Part shown: positions 17,717-27,247 of the stretch, one piece after another
Layout of the letters: every line of letters begins with the position of its first letter
Position numbering within the stretch: position 1 is the stretch's first letter
DNA from: an uncultured Conexibacteraceae bacterium
GTDB lineage: Bacteria > Actinomycetota > Thermoleophilia > Solirubrobacterales > Solirubrobacteraceae
Length of the DNA: 64,000 nt
Assembly: GCA_963706415.1 (NCBI GenBank)
Contig: OY970159.1
Location: 3,540,895 to 3,604,894 of the forward strand
Direction: 5' to 3'
Made by a program: the position numbers and the translations under genes
The notes under the pieces: model-generated
Database searches by the model: none
What the model saw: only the letters and a program-made list of their open reading frames with translations
Told to the model about the DNA's origin: nothing

Positions 17717-18970
17717 CTATGGCGCCAAGCGCACCGGCAGCGTCTTGAGCTGGTTGATGAACGGCGACTCGGCGTAGAGCGGCTCGCCGTCGATCTCCAT
17801 CTGCGGGAAGCGCGCGAGCGTCTCCTCGATCAGGATCCGCAGCTCCAGCCGTGCCAGGGCGGTCCCGAGGCAGAAGTGCCGGCCGCCCGCGCCGAAGGCC
17901 TGATGCTCGGGGTTGCGCGTGACGTCGAAGCGATCCGGGTCCTCATAGCGCGTCTCGTCACGATTGGAGGAGACGTACCACATGACCACCTTGTCGCCCT
18001 CGCGGATCTGCGCGCCGTTGAGCTCGGTGTCGCGCGTCGCCGTGCGCCGGAAGTGCGCGAAGGCGGGGAACATGCGCAGCGCCTCCTCGACCGCGCTGGG
18101 GACGAGCGACGGGTCGTCGAGCAGCTGCCGACGCTGCGTCGGGTCCTCCAGGATCGCGCGCATGCCGCTGCAGTAGGTCGCTTTCGTGGAGTCGTTGCCG
18201 GCGGCCACGAGCAGGAAGAACCCCATGACGATCTCGTGCTCTTCGAGCTTCTCGCCATCGATGTCGGCGTGGACGAGCACGCTCATCAGGTCCTCGGTCG
18301 GGCGCTCGCGGCGCTCGGCGATCAGCGCCGCGCAGCGCGCGAAGATCTCCGGCACGTCGCGCTCCATCACGGTCTGGACGCCCTCGGGGTTGAGGTCCGG
18401 GTCGCCCGCGCCCAACGTCGTGTTCATCAGCCGCGCCCAGATCTCGTCGTCCTCGGGCGCGGTGCCCATGAAGCTGCCGATGACCCGCGCGACGACGGGC
18501 TGGGCGACGTCGGTGACCAGGTCGCAGGTCTCGCGGCCCTCGAGCCGGTCGAGCACCGTCTTGGTGATCTCGCGGATCGCGGGCTCGTGCTCGCTGATGC
18601 GCTTGGGCGTGAATCCGCGCTGGAAGAGCGCCTTGAGGCGGTCGTGCTTGGGCGGGTCCATCCCGATGAACATCGCCTGGCTCAGCTCCAGCGGGAGGAT
18701 CGCGTCGGTCAGCGCCGTGAAGCCGGTCGCCGACGAGTAGGTCTCCCAGTCGCGGCTGACCGCGTGGACGTCGTCAGCGGTGGTGACCGACCAGAAGCCG
18801 GCCTCCTCGGGGTACTCGGTGATCTTCGACGTCCAGTGCACGGGGCACTGGCCGCGCAGCTGGGAGAACAGCTCGTGCGGCGGGCCGTCCTGCCACTGCT
18901 CGCGCTCGGTGACGAGCGTCGCTTCGAGGGGAGAAACCGGATCGGCGGACATGGGTTGACACTCTGTCAA
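17717..18970 (-). CDS. cytochrome P450 monooxygenase
   Basis: Heme loop FGAGGRHFCLG, ExxR EEALR, I-helix LLVAAGNDST. TTG start at 18970 (TTGA overlap with the GNAT stop), or ATG at 18952. Confidence 0.92.
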   Translation of the reverse strand: MTECQPMSADPVSPLEATLVTEREQWQDGPPHELFSQLRGQCPVHWTSKITEYPEEAGFWSVTTADDVHAVSRDWETYSSATGFTALTDAILPLELSQAMFIGMDPPKHDRLKALFQRGFTPKRISEHEPAIREITKTVLDRLEGRETCDLVTDVAQPVVARVIGSFMGTAPEDDEIWARLMNTTLGAGDPDLNPEGVQTVMERDVPEIFARCAALIAERRERPTEDLMSVLVHADIDGEKLEEHEIVMGFFLLVAAGNDSTKATYCSGMRAILEDPTQRRQLLDDPSLVPSAVEEALRMFPAFAHFRRTATRDTELNGAQIREGDKVVMWYVSSNRDETRYEDPDRFDVTRNPEHQAFGAGGRHFCLGTALARLELRILIEETLARFPQMEIDGEPLYAESPFINQLKTLPVRLAP

Positions 18971-19488
18971 ATCCGGAGTTCGAACACCAGCTCCAAACCG
19001 TCGATCTCGTCCACCTGCTCACCGGTCTGCGTGAAGCCGTAGGAGCCGGCAAGCGCCAGCGATGCCGCGTTGTCCGGGCTGATCGAGGCGCGGACGGTCT
19101 TGGCGCCCTCCGCACGGGCGTAGGCGAGCAGCTCGCCGAGCGCGGCGCGCCCGTGGCCGCGGCGCCGGTGCTCGGGGGTGATCCGGTAACCGACCTCGAC
19201 CACGCCCCGCGGGTCGGGCGGCCCGTGGAAGCCCGCGTGGCCGACGACCGTCCCCGCCGCCTCACCCTCGGCGACGACCACGGCCCGCACCAGCCACGGC
19301 GCGCACGCGGGCTCGCCGATCAGCTGCCCGAGACGCAGTGTCCACAGCCAGGTCTCGGCAAGGAACTCCGCGGGCAGCTCGACGCCGGCGGCATCGCGGG
19401 CGCCGTCGAGATCAGCGGCGATCAGCCGCTGCAGGACCGTCGCGTCGAGGAGCCGCAGGCACACGGCGGGTGGGGCCATGACCGCCAT
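18967..19488 (-). CDS. GNAT family N-acetyltransferase
   Basis: 173 aa. Acetyl-CoA loop HRRRGHGRAAL and C-terminal SLALAGSYGF. Confidence 0.85.
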   Translation of the reverse strand: MAVMAPPAVCLRLLDATVLQRLIAADLDGARDAAGVELPAEFLAETWLWTLRLGQLIGEPACAPWLVRAVVVAEGEAAGTVVGHAGFHGPPDPRGVVEVGYRITPEHRRRGHGRAALGELLAYARAEGAKTVRASISPDNAASLALAGSYGFTQTGEQVDEIDGLELVFELRI

Positions 19489-19513
19489 CCTCCCCTACCT
19501 CTAGGCTGCCGAT

Positions 19514-20086
19514 GTGGCCGCCGCTCCTGCCGAGACGTTCCTGCTCGTCGACGGGGAGAACATCGACGCGACGCTTGGTGGCAGCCTGCTCGGCCGGCGA
19601 CCGGCACCGGAGGAGCGCCCGCGCTGGGATCGCGTGCGCGAGTTCGGACGTGCCGCGTGGGATCAGCCGCTGCGCGGCCTCTTCTTCCTCAACGGCTCCG
19701 GGCAGGTCCCGATGTCGTTCGTCCAGGCGCTCGACGCCATGCACTTCCGCCCCGTGCTGCTCAGCGGCCCGGCCGACGTCAAGGTCGTCGACGTCGCGAT
19801 CCAGCAGACGCTCACGGCGCTCTCGCAGCGCGGCAGCGGCGACGTGCTGCTGGCCAGCCACGACGGCGACTTCGCCCCGCAGATGGCCGAGCTGCTGCGC
19901 GACGAGCACCGCCGCGTCGGCATCATGGGCTTCCGCGAGCTGATCAGCTCCTCGCTGCAGGAGCTGACCGACGACGGGCTGGAGCTCTTCGACCTCGAGG
20001 ACGACGTCAAGGCGTTCACGGTCGCGCTACCGCGCATCCGCGTGATCCCGATCGAGCGCTTCGACCCCTGGGCGCTGCTGTCCTGA
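19514..20086 (+). CDS. NYN (PIN-like) domain protein
   Basis: GTG start. N-terminal FLLVDGENIDATLG, later LLASHDGDFAP, typical of LabA/NYN nucleases. Confidence 0.75.
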   Translation: MAAAPAETFLLVDGENIDATLGGSLLGRRPAPEERPRWDRVREFGRAAWDQPLRGLFFLNGSGQVPMSFVQALDAMHFRPVLLSGPADVKVVDVAIQQTLTALSQRGSGDVLLASHDGDFAPQMAELLRDEHRRVGIMGFRELISSSLQELTDDGLELFDLEDDVKAFTVALPRIRVIPIERFDPWALLS

Positions 20087-20101
20087 GCGGGCGGGGCCGG
20101 G

Positions 20102-21265
20102 TCAGGCCCGAACCTCGCCCAGCCCCATGTCGCGCCCGATGATCTCCTTCATGATCTCGTTGGAGCCCGCCCAGATCTTGGTGACGCGCGCGTCCATCCA
20201 GGCGTGGGCGACCTCGTACTCCTCCATGTAGCCGTAGCCACCGTGGAGCTGGACGCAGGCGTCGATGACGAGGTTCTGCACCTCGGCGCTCCACCACTTG
20301 GCCTTGGCGGCGTCGACGGCTGACAGCTCGTGCTTGGCGTGCGCGACGACGCACTGGTCGACGAACGCCTGCGTGACGTCGAGGCGCGTCTGGAGGTCGG
20401 CGGCGAGGAAGCGCGAGTTCTGGAAGGTGCCGATCGGCCGGCCGAAGGCCTTGCGCGACTTGATGTACTCGAGCGTGACCGCAAAGACGTGCTGCGCATG
20501 GGCGGTGTTGGAGATCGACGAGCCCAGCCGCTCCTGGGCGAGGTGCTCCATCATGTGGTGGAAGCCGCGGTCGACCTCGCCGATCAGCTGGTCGTCGGTG
20601 ACGCGGACGTTCTCGAAGAACAGCTCGGCCGTGTCGGCCTCGTGCTGGCCGACCTTGTGCAGCTTGCGGCCGCGCTGGAAGCCCTCCATCCCCTCCTCGA
20701 CGGCGAAGAGCGAGATGCCGCGGCCCTTCGGATCGGTCGCGGTGCGCGCGGCGACGATCACGAGGCCGGCGTGCGCGCCGTTGGTGATGAAGGTCTTGGA
20801 GCCGTTGATGACCCACTCGTCACCTTCGCGCTTCGCGGTCGTCTTCAGGCCCTGGAGGTCCGAGCCCGCCTCGGGCTCGGTCATCCCGATCGCGGTGATC
20901 ATCTCGCCGGAACAGAACTTCGGCAGCCAGCGCTGCTTCTGCTCCTCGGTCGTCAGGCGCGTGAGGTACGGCGCGCAGACGTCGGAGTGGATCGTGAACG
21001 ACGAGGAGTAGGCCATGCCGGCGCGCGACAGCTCCTCGTTGAAGATCGTGTTGTAGCGGAAGTCGACGTCGCTGCCGCCGTACTGCTCCGGGATCGCGAC
21101 GCCCAGGAAGCCGGCATCGCCCGCCGTCTTCCAGACCTCCGCCGGAATCCGTCGCGCCTCCCGGATCTCCTCGGCGCGCGGCAGGATCTCACGATCCACG
21201 AACGCGGCGGCGGACTCGCGAAACAGCTTGTGATCGTCGTCGAACAGCGTGCGGGGCAGCGACAT
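20102..21265 (-). CDS. acyl-CoA dehydrogenase
   Basis: 387 aa with GMTEPEAGSD, FITNG, and catalytic C-terminal region KIWAGSNEIMKEII. Confidence 0.93.
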   Translation of the reverse strand: MSLPRTLFDDDHKLFRESAAAFVDREILPRAEEIREARRIPAEVWKTAGDAGFLGVAIPEQYGGSDVDFRYNTIFNEELSRAGMAYSSSFTIHSDVCAPYLTRLTTEEQKQRWLPKFCSGEMITAIGMTEPEAGSDLQGLKTTAKREGDEWVINGSKTFITNGAHAGLVIVAARTATDPKGRGISLFAVEEGMEGFQRGRKLHKVGQHEADTAELFFENVRVTDDQLIGEVDRGFHHMMEHLAQERLGSSISNTAHAQHVFAVTLEYIKSRKAFGRPIGTFQNSRFLAADLQTRLDVTQAFVDQCVVAHAKHELSAVDAAKAKWWSAEVQNLVIDACVQLHGGYGYMEEYEVAHAWMDARVTKIWAGSNEIMKEIIGRDMGLGEVRA

Positions 21266-21313
21266 GCGGCCGGACTATACGCGCGCGTTCGCTCGACCGT
21301 CAGCGGCTGTTTT

Positions 21314-22663
21314 CTAGAGCTTGGGGCCCGACGAGCCGCGCTTGGGAGCGCACGTGCGATAGGTCCGCGTCCCGGTGACGAGCCGCTGGTCGGACGTCGT
21401 CGCGGTGATCGAGACGACGAAGCGCCCCTTCGGCAGGCCGGTGAGATTGACCGGGGCGGTGATCCGCGAGCGCTTCACGGTCTTGACGCGCTTGCCGTTG
21501 ACCTTGACGACGGCGCTGACGAACGTCACACCGCGCAGCTTGCGGATCCGGATCGTGAAGTGCCGCCGACTGACACACGCCTTCGCGGGCGGCAGCGTGA
21601 AGGCCGACGCAGCCGAGATCCGCGGCGGCTTGGCCATCGTCGGCGGCGCGGCGGCCGGCACCACGGGCGCCAGCGCCTGCACCACCGCAACGGGGGTCGG
21701 TGTGCTCGGACCACTGGGGACGGTCACCGACGGCGTCGTGGTCGTCGGGACCGACGGAGGAGGTGGCGGGTCGGTGGGTCCCGGCGGCACGCCCGCGCCC
21801 CAGCAGCTGACGGTCCGGTCGGTCGCGACGGCACAGGAGAAGAACGTCCCGACGCTCAGGGTCGTGAAGTGACCGGCAGGCGGCGCGCCGGTCGTCGCGG
21901 CGTCCTGCCCCCAGCAGGCAAGGGTCTGGTCCGCCGCGATCCCGCAGGCGTGGTCCTGCGCGCTCGTGCCCACGGCAAGGAAGCTGCCCGAGGGCGGCAC
22001 CGTCTGCCCGTAGGCGTTGAAGCCGGAGTCCAGTCCCCAGCAGACCAGCGTCGCGTCGGTCTTCTCCCCGCAGCTGAAGCTGAAGTTCGCGCTGACGTGG
22101 CTGTAGCTCCCGGCCGGTGGCGTTCCTTCGCCCCACGTGTTGTGTCCCCAGCAGACGATCGTCGCATCGGTCCTGACGGCGCAGTCGTTGCCGTTGACCG
22201 CGCTGACCTCCGTGAACGTGCCGGTCGGCTGCACGCCGTTGAGCTGGCCCCAGCAGGCGAGCGTCTGGTCGGTGCGGATCGCGCAGCTGTGGTCGAAGCC
22301 GGCGCTGAGCGAGGTGAAGCTGCCGCTCGGCGCAGCCGTGAGCCCGGAGCCGGCATAGCCCCAGCAGACAAGGCTCTGATCGGTGCGGATCGCGCAGGCA
22401 TGTCCGTCGCCGACGCTGACCGCCGTGAAACTGCCGGCCGGCGGCGTCGACTGCCCGTACTGGTTGGCGCCCCAGCAGAAGATGGTGGCGTCGGTCTTCA
22501 AGGCGCAGACGTTGGCGCGGCCGGCGCCGACCTGGGTGAAGCTCCCGGCCGACGTCGGCGTCGTGTACACCGTCGCCGACGCGGAGGGCGCGGCCATCGC
22601 CAGGCCCACCATCACCACCAACAACCCACATCGACGTCCGCGCCTGCGCTGCTCCTTCATCAC
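21314..22663 (-). CDS. secreted seven-blade RCC1/BLIP-II-like beta-propeller protein with Pro-rich linker and C-terminal beta-rich domain
   Basis: Signal peptide MMKEQRRRGRRCGLLVVMVGLAMAAPSASA. Seven ~37-aa repeats follow the pattern GSFT.VS.G..H.CA.RTD.T..CWG. After these come PPGPTDPPPPPSVPTTTTPS and a ~100-aa C-terminal domain. Confidence 0.8.
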   Translation of the reverse strand: MMKEQRRRGRRCGLLVVMVGLAMAAPSASATVYTTPTSAGSFTQVGAGRANVCALKTDATIFCWGANQYGQSTPPAGSFTAVSVGDGHACAIRTDQSLVCWGYAGSGLTAAPSGSFTSLSAGFDHSCAIRTDQTLACWGQLNGVQPTGTFTEVSAVNGNDCAVRTDATIVCWGHNTWGEGTPPAGSYSHVSANFSFSCGEKTDATLVCWGLDSGFNAYGQTVPPSGSFLAVGTSAQDHACGIAADQTLACWGQDAATTGAPPAGHFTTLSVGTFFSCAVATDRTVSCWGAGVPPGPTDPPPPPSVPTTTTPSVTVPSGPSTPTPVAVVQALAPVVPAAAPPTMAKPPRISAASAFTLPPAKACVSRRHFTIRIRKLRGVTFVSAVVKVNGKRVKTVKRSRITAPVNLTGLPKGRFVVSITATTSDQRLVTGTRTYRTCAPKRGSSGPKL

Positions 22664-22709
22664 CGCGCGCTTGTATCACGGCGCGGTTCGGCCACGGCTA
22701 GACCGAGGA

Positions 22710-23507
22710 TCAGGCTCCCGGGGCGAGCGCCTCGATCTCGTCGGCCAGCTCGGCGACGGAGTCGAGGATGCGAGAGGGCCGAAACGGGAAGCGCTCGGCG
22801 GACTCGCGGGTGGAGACACCGGTGAGGACCAGGATCGTTTCCAGTCCTGCCTCCAGGCCCGAGACGATGTCGGTGTCCATGCGATCGCCGATCATCGCGG
22901 TGGTCTCGGAGTGCGCGTCGAGGGCGTTGAGCGCGGAGCGCATCATCAGCGGGTTGGGCTTGCCGATGTAATAGGGCTCGACCCCGGTGGCCTTGCTGAT
23001 CAGCGCCGCGACCGATCCGGTCGCGGGCACGAGCCCGTCGGGGCTCGGGCCGCTCGGGTCCGGGTTGGTCGCGATGAAGCGCGCGCCGCCGGCGATCAGG
23101 CGGATCGCGCGGGTGATGCGCTCGAACGAGTAGGTGCGGGTCTCGCCCAGGACCACGTAGTCGGGGTCGCGCTCGGTCAGCGTGTAGCCGGACTCGTGCA
23201 GCGCGGTCGTCAGGCCGGCCTCGCCGATCACGTAGGCCGAGCCACCGGGGCGCTGGTCCTCCAGGAACCGCGCGGTCGCCAGCGCGCTGGTCCAGATCGC
23301 CGTCTCAGGCACCTCGAGCCCGCTCGCGCGCAGCCGCGCGCTCAGGTCACGTGGGGTGTAGATGGAGTTGTTGGTCAGCACGAGGAACGGGATCTCCCGC
23401 TCGCCCAGACCGGCCAGGAAGCGGTCGGCGCCCGCGATCGCGTCTTCCTCGTGGACGAGCACGCCGTCCATGTCCATCAACCACGACGCGATCGTGCGCC
23501 GCGTCAT
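22710..23507 (-). CDS. HAD-IIA family hydrolase (NagD-like)
   Basis: ORF 22710..24344 trimmed to ATG 23507 ([17 protein letters not shown]), giving a TGATG junction with the upstream stop. Motifs: [23 protein letters not shown]. Confidence 0.88.
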   Translation of the reverse strand: MTRRTIASWLMDMDGVLVHEEDAIAGADRFLAGLGEREIPFLVLTNNSIYTPRDLSARLRASGLEVPETAIWTSALATARFLEDQRPGGSAYVIGEAGLTTALHESGYTLTERDPDYVVLGETRTYSFERITRAIRLIAGGARFIATNPDPSGPSPDGLVPATGSVAALISKATGVEPYYIGKPNPLMMRSALNALDAHSETTAMIGDRMDTDIVSGLEAGLETILVLTGVSTRESAERFPFRPSRILDSVAELADEIEALAPGA

Positions 23508-24289
23508 CAGACATGCTCCAAGAACGCGCGGACCGCCGCCGAGCACGCCTCGGGCTCGTCGTCGAAGACGAAGTGCTTGGCGCCGGCCACGACCACCAGC
23601 TCGGCGTCGGGCAGCTCCTTGGCGAAGCGATGCGCGCCGGCGACCGGCGCGAAGGGATCGTCCTCGCCCCACAGGATCAGCGCGGGTGCGCCGACCGCCG
23701 CGAGGTCGTGGTCCTCCAACTCGGAGAACTCGCCGGAGCGGTAGAGCTCGAGCTGGCCGCGCCGCCGCTCGGGCGACCCATAGGCCTTGAAGTACTCGTC
23801 GATGCTGCGATCGTCGAGGCTCGGGCTCACCGCGCGCAGCATGCCGCCGAAGCCCTCGCGGTCGATCCCGTCGACGATCTCCTCCCCCTGACCGGGCGTG
23901 CGCAGCGCCTGCGCCATCCCGTGCCACTTGCCGTCGGAGAAGAACCCCGTGTTGCTGATGACCATCGCCCGGATCAGCTCCGGGTGCTCGCAGGCCCAGC
24001 GCAGGCCGATCAGCCCGCCCCAGTCGTGGACGACCAGCACGACCTCGCCGAGCTCCTGCTCGCGATGAAAGGCGTCGACCGCATCGACATGCGCCTGCCA
24101 CGTGCCCGAGCCGGCGTAGGGCGAGTCGCCGTAGCCGGGCAGGTCGGGCGCCACCGCCTGCCAGCCCGCGTCGGCAACCGTCTCCAGCAGATCGCGCCAC
24201 ATGTAGGAGGACTCGGGATAGCCGTGCAGGCAGAGCACGGTGCCCTTCGGCGCCTCGACCGGCAGGGACTCGCGGTAGACCAGCGGCAT
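23507..24289 (-). CDS. alpha/beta hydrolase (haloalkane dehalogenase / epoxide hydrolase-like)
   Basis: [10 protein letters not shown] oxyanion region, nucleophile elbow VVHDWGG, C-terminal [10 protein letters not shown]. Confidence 0.88.
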   Translation of the reverse strand: MPLVYRESLPVEAPKGTVLCLHGYPESSYMWRDLLETVADAGWQAVAPDLPGYGDSPYAGSGTWQAHVDAVDAFHREQELGEVVLVVHDWGGLIGLRWACEHPELIRAMVISNTGFFSDGKWHGMAQALRTPGQGEEIVDGIDREGFGGMLRAVSPSLDDRSIDEYFKAYGSPERRRGQLELYRSGEFSELEDHDLAAVGAPALILWGEDDPFAPVAGAHRFAKELPDAELVVVAGAKHFVFDDEPEACSAAVRAFLEHV

Positions 24290-24327
24290 CGAAGCGGAGC
24301 CTACCCGCGACAGGTAACTTCTCCGCC

Positions 24328-24702
24328 GTGTCTTCCCGTCTCAAGCGCGCCGCCGGCCACGTCTTCCTCGGCGCAGGACTCCTGCACTTCGTGGTCCCGC
24401 GCCACTACGAGGCGATCATGCCCGACTACCTGCCCGCCCACCGCGAACTGGTCTACGCCAGCGGCGTGGCCGAGGCGGCCGGCGGCGCGGGCCTGCTCAG
24501 CAGCTCGCCGACGGTGCGCAAGTACTCGGCCTGGTGGCTGGTCGCGACGCTGATCGCCGTCTTCCCGGCCAACGTCCACATGGCCGTCCATCCGGAGCGC
24601 TACCCGCAGGTCCCGGGCGGGAAGCTCTCGCTCTACGCGCGCCTGCCGCTGCAGTTGCTCTTCGCGAAGTGGGTCCTCGCGGCCGCGCGCCGCGATCGCT
24701 GA
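24328..24702 (+). CDS. small DoxX-like membrane protein
   Basis: 124 aa with GTG start and 3-4 hydrophobic helices. The pattern HF..P..Y..I.P..LP resembles DoxX-like/COG4270 proteins. The family call is tentative. Confidence 0.6.
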   Translation: MSSRLKRAAGHVFLGAGLLHFVVPRHYEAIMPDYLPAHRELVYASGVAEAAGGAGLLSSSPTVRKYSAWWLVATLIAVFPANVHMAVHPERYPQVPGGKLSLYARLPLQLLFAKWVLAAARRDR

Positions 24703-24706
24703 CCGG

Positions 24707-25453
24707 TCACCGCGCCAGCAGCACCACCGCGACGGTCACGCCGAGCGTGATCACCGCGCCGCGCAGCACCGGGTCCGGGAGCCGCCGCGCCACGCCCACG
24801 CCGACGCGCCCGCCGACCAGCGTCCCCGCGCCGACCACCAGCGTCGACAGCCACGCGACCGGGCCGAAGAGCGCGACGGCCACCGCGCTCACGACCGCGA
24901 CCGTCAGCGACAGCACCTGCTTGAGCGCGTTGAGCCGTTGCAGCGGCTCCTCCAGCGTCAGCCCCAGCGCGGCGAGCAGGACGATCCCGAGCCCGGCGCC
25001 GAAGTAGCCACCGTAGATCGATGCCACGGCGACCGTCACGGTCAGCCGCGCCGGGGCGCTGTGATGCTCGACCCGCGTGATCCACCGCGCCACCAAGGGC
25101 TGGATCGCCAGCAGCGCGCACGCCAGCAGGACGAGCCACGGCGCCAGCACCGAGAACGTGTCCTCGGGACCGACGAGCAACAAGGTCGTCCCGGCGATCG
25201 CCCCGACGGCGGCCGCGAGCGCCAGGACCCGCAGCCGGGCGCCCTGGCCCGCCAGCTCGGCGCGCGAGGTCGTCGCCGCGCTCAGGTAGCCCGGGAGCGT
25301 CGCGATCAAGTTGCTGACGTTGGCGCTCAGCGGCGAGAGCCCGGTGGCCAGCAGCGCCGGGAACGAGATCAGCGACCCGCCGCCCGCGACCGCGTTGATC
25401 GCGCCGGTCGTCACTCCGGCGGCGGCGAGCAGGGCGACATCGGCGGCATCCAT
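24707..25453 (-). CDS. sulfite exporter TauE/SafE family membrane protein
   Basis: ORF 24707..25576 trimmed to ATG 25453 (MDAADVALLAAAGVTTGAINAVAGGGSLISFPALL). The GGG.L..P motif is repeated in the C-terminal half. Confidence 0.85.
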   Translation of the reverse strand: MDAADVALLAAAGVTTGAINAVAGGGSLISFPALLATGLSPLSANVSNLIATLPGYLSAATTSRAELAGQGARLRVLALAAAVGAIAGTTLLLVGPEDTFSVLAPWLVLLACALLAIQPLVARWITRVEHHSAPARLTVTVAVASIYGGYFGAGLGIVLLAALGLTLEEPLQRLNALKQVLSLTVAVVSAVAVALFGPVAWLSTLVVGAGTLVGGRVGVGVARRLPDPVLRGAVITLGVTVAVVLLAR

Positions 25454-25551
25454 CGGCGGCGGAGTCTGCCCGAGCACGCCGAGCGGAGCGGTGACGACCC
25501 GCCGACGGGCGCACGTGGGCGCGATCCAACATCCGTCCAGGGCCGGACCCG

Positions 25552-27198
25552 GTGCCTGCACCGGGCAGGCGGGCAACCGACGTCCAGGGCGTGGGCCCCT
25601 CCGGACAGCTCGCGCGCAGGCGCGCGCTTGCCGTCGCGCTCGTCGTCTTCACGACCGTGGCGGGCCTCGGCCTGCTCACCCACAAGGAGACCCCGCTCGC
25701 CGTCGATCGCGCCACCGCGATCCGCGTCGCCGCCGCGGCTCCCGAGACCCGCGACGCCGCAGCACGCGCCGACAGGGTCATGGTCATCCCGATCGACCAC
25801 GACTTCGTCAAGGTCACCTGGCTGCGCCACGGCCGCACGACGGCGACGGCCGGCGTCCATCGCGACGGCACCCTGTCGTCGGCGACGAGGTACCAGCGGA
25901 TCGCCGGCTACGGCGCCCCGCTCGCGCACGACCTGCTCGTGCTCGGCGCCCTCACCGCGCTCTTCCTGCTCGTCACGCTGCGCGGGCCGCTGCGCCGCCG
26001 ACGGACGCTCGACGCACTCGCCATGGCCGCCGTCGTCGTGCCGACGGTCCTCATCGACCGTGGCCTGCTCGCCGTCGGCGAGGGCATCGCCGCGGTGCTG
26101 ATCGGCTACCTGATCGTCCGCGGCGTCCAGCTCGCGCTGCGCGGTCCGGGACCCGACGAGGACGAGGACGCGCCCGTCCTGCTCGAGCGCCTCGCCGCAC
26201 GCGCGACACTGCCGAGGCTCTCCGGCCAGGTCGGGCTCCTGCTGCTCGCCCTCACGGTGCTCGTGACCATCACGTCGACCGGCGTGGTCGACGTCGCCTA
26301 CGCCAACATGGAGGGCGCCACGGTGCTGCTGACCGGCCGGCTCCCCTACGGCCACATGCCGGCCGATGTCATCCATGGCGACACCTACGGGCTGCCGATC
26401 TATGCCCTCTACGCGCCACTGGCGGCGATCTGGCCGGTCCACAGCAGCTGGGACGACGCCGTCGGCTCGCTGGTCCTCGGCGCAGGCGCCGCGATCCTCT
26501 GCGCCCTCGGCATGGCCCGCGCGGCCGGTGGCAGCAGCCGGCCGGCCGCAATCGCCGTCCTCGCCCTGCCCGCGTCGCTGATGACGTTCTCCAGCGGGAC
26601 CAACGACGTGCTGATCGCCGCCGCGCTGATCTGGGCGTTCGCCTGGTGGTCGCGGCCCGTCGCCTCCAGCGCGCTGCTCGCCCTGGCCGGGCTGGCGAAG
26701 GTCGCGCCGCTGGTCCTGCTCCCGCTCTGGCTGGCGCGCCTGCGCGGCACGGCGCTGGTGCGCGCGCTCATCGCCTGCGCCGCCATCGGCACGCTCGTCC
26801 TGGCCGGCCTCGTCGCGCTCGGCGGCCTGCATGGCCCGGGCGACATGGTGCACGCGATGTCCTTCCAGCTCAGCCGCCGCTCGATGATGTCGATCTGGAC
26901 CATGCTCGGCATCGAGTCGCTGCAGCCGCTGATGGCTGGCGTCGCGCCCGCGATCGCGCTGGGCGGCGCGACGCTCGTGTGGCTGGATCGCAGCGTCGCC
27001 GCCGACCCGCGCCGCATCGCGGGCCTCGTCGCCGCGACGCTCGGCGCGCTCCAGCTCGCGGCCAACCACTGGGCGCCGCTCTACCTCGTCTGGCTCGCAC
27101 CGCCCGCGATGGTCGCGCTGCTCGGCCCGCTCGGCGCCCGCGCCACGCAGGCCGCCCCTGCGACCGCGACCGCTCCGGGCCGGCTCGCAGCCGCCTGA
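25552..27198 (+). CDS. polytopic membrane protein, probable GT-C type glycosyltransferase (DUF2029/GT87-like)
   Basis: 548-aa ORF with GTG start (start uncertain) and more than 10 hydrophobic helices. The loop LLTGRLPYGHMPADVIHGDTYGLPIYALYAPL resembles DUF2029 proteins. The family call is tentative. Confidence 0.6.
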   Translation: MPAPGRRATDVQGVGPSGQLARRRALAVALVVFTTVAGLGLLTHKETPLAVDRATAIRVAAAAPETRDAAARADRVMVIPIDHDFVKVTWLRHGRTTATAGVHRDGTLSSATRYQRIAGYGAPLAHDLLVLGALTALFLLVTLRGPLRRRRTLDALAMAAVVVPTVLIDRGLLAVGEGIAAVLIGYLIVRGVQLALRGPGPDEDEDAPVLLERLAARATLPRLSGQVGLLLLALTVLVTITSTGVVDVAYANMEGATVLLTGRLPYGHMPADVIHGDTYGLPIYALYAPLAAIWPVHSSWDDAVGSLVLGAGAAILCALGMARAAGGSSRPAAIAVLALPASLMTFSSGTNDVLIAAALIWAFAWWSRPVASSALLALAGLAKVAPLVLLPLWLARLRGTALVRALIACAAIGTLVLAGLVALGGLHGPGDMVHAMSFQLSRRSMMSIWTMLGIESLQPLMAGVAPAIALGGATLVWLDRSVAADPRRIAGLVAATLGALQLAANHWAPLYLVWLAPPAMVALLGPLGARATQAAPATATAPGRLAAA

Positions 27199-27247
27199 CA
27201 GCAGCCGACGTTGCGTCGGCGCCCGCATTGGGCAAGGCTCCGGACAT

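Noticed and set aside
21800-22560. A possible DNA-level tandem repeat or CRISPR-like periodicity in the RCC1-like gene.
   Set aside because: The periodicity is at the protein level only (seven diverged ~37-aa blades). The nucleotide copies are not identical, there is no repeat-spacer structure, and there are no cas genes.
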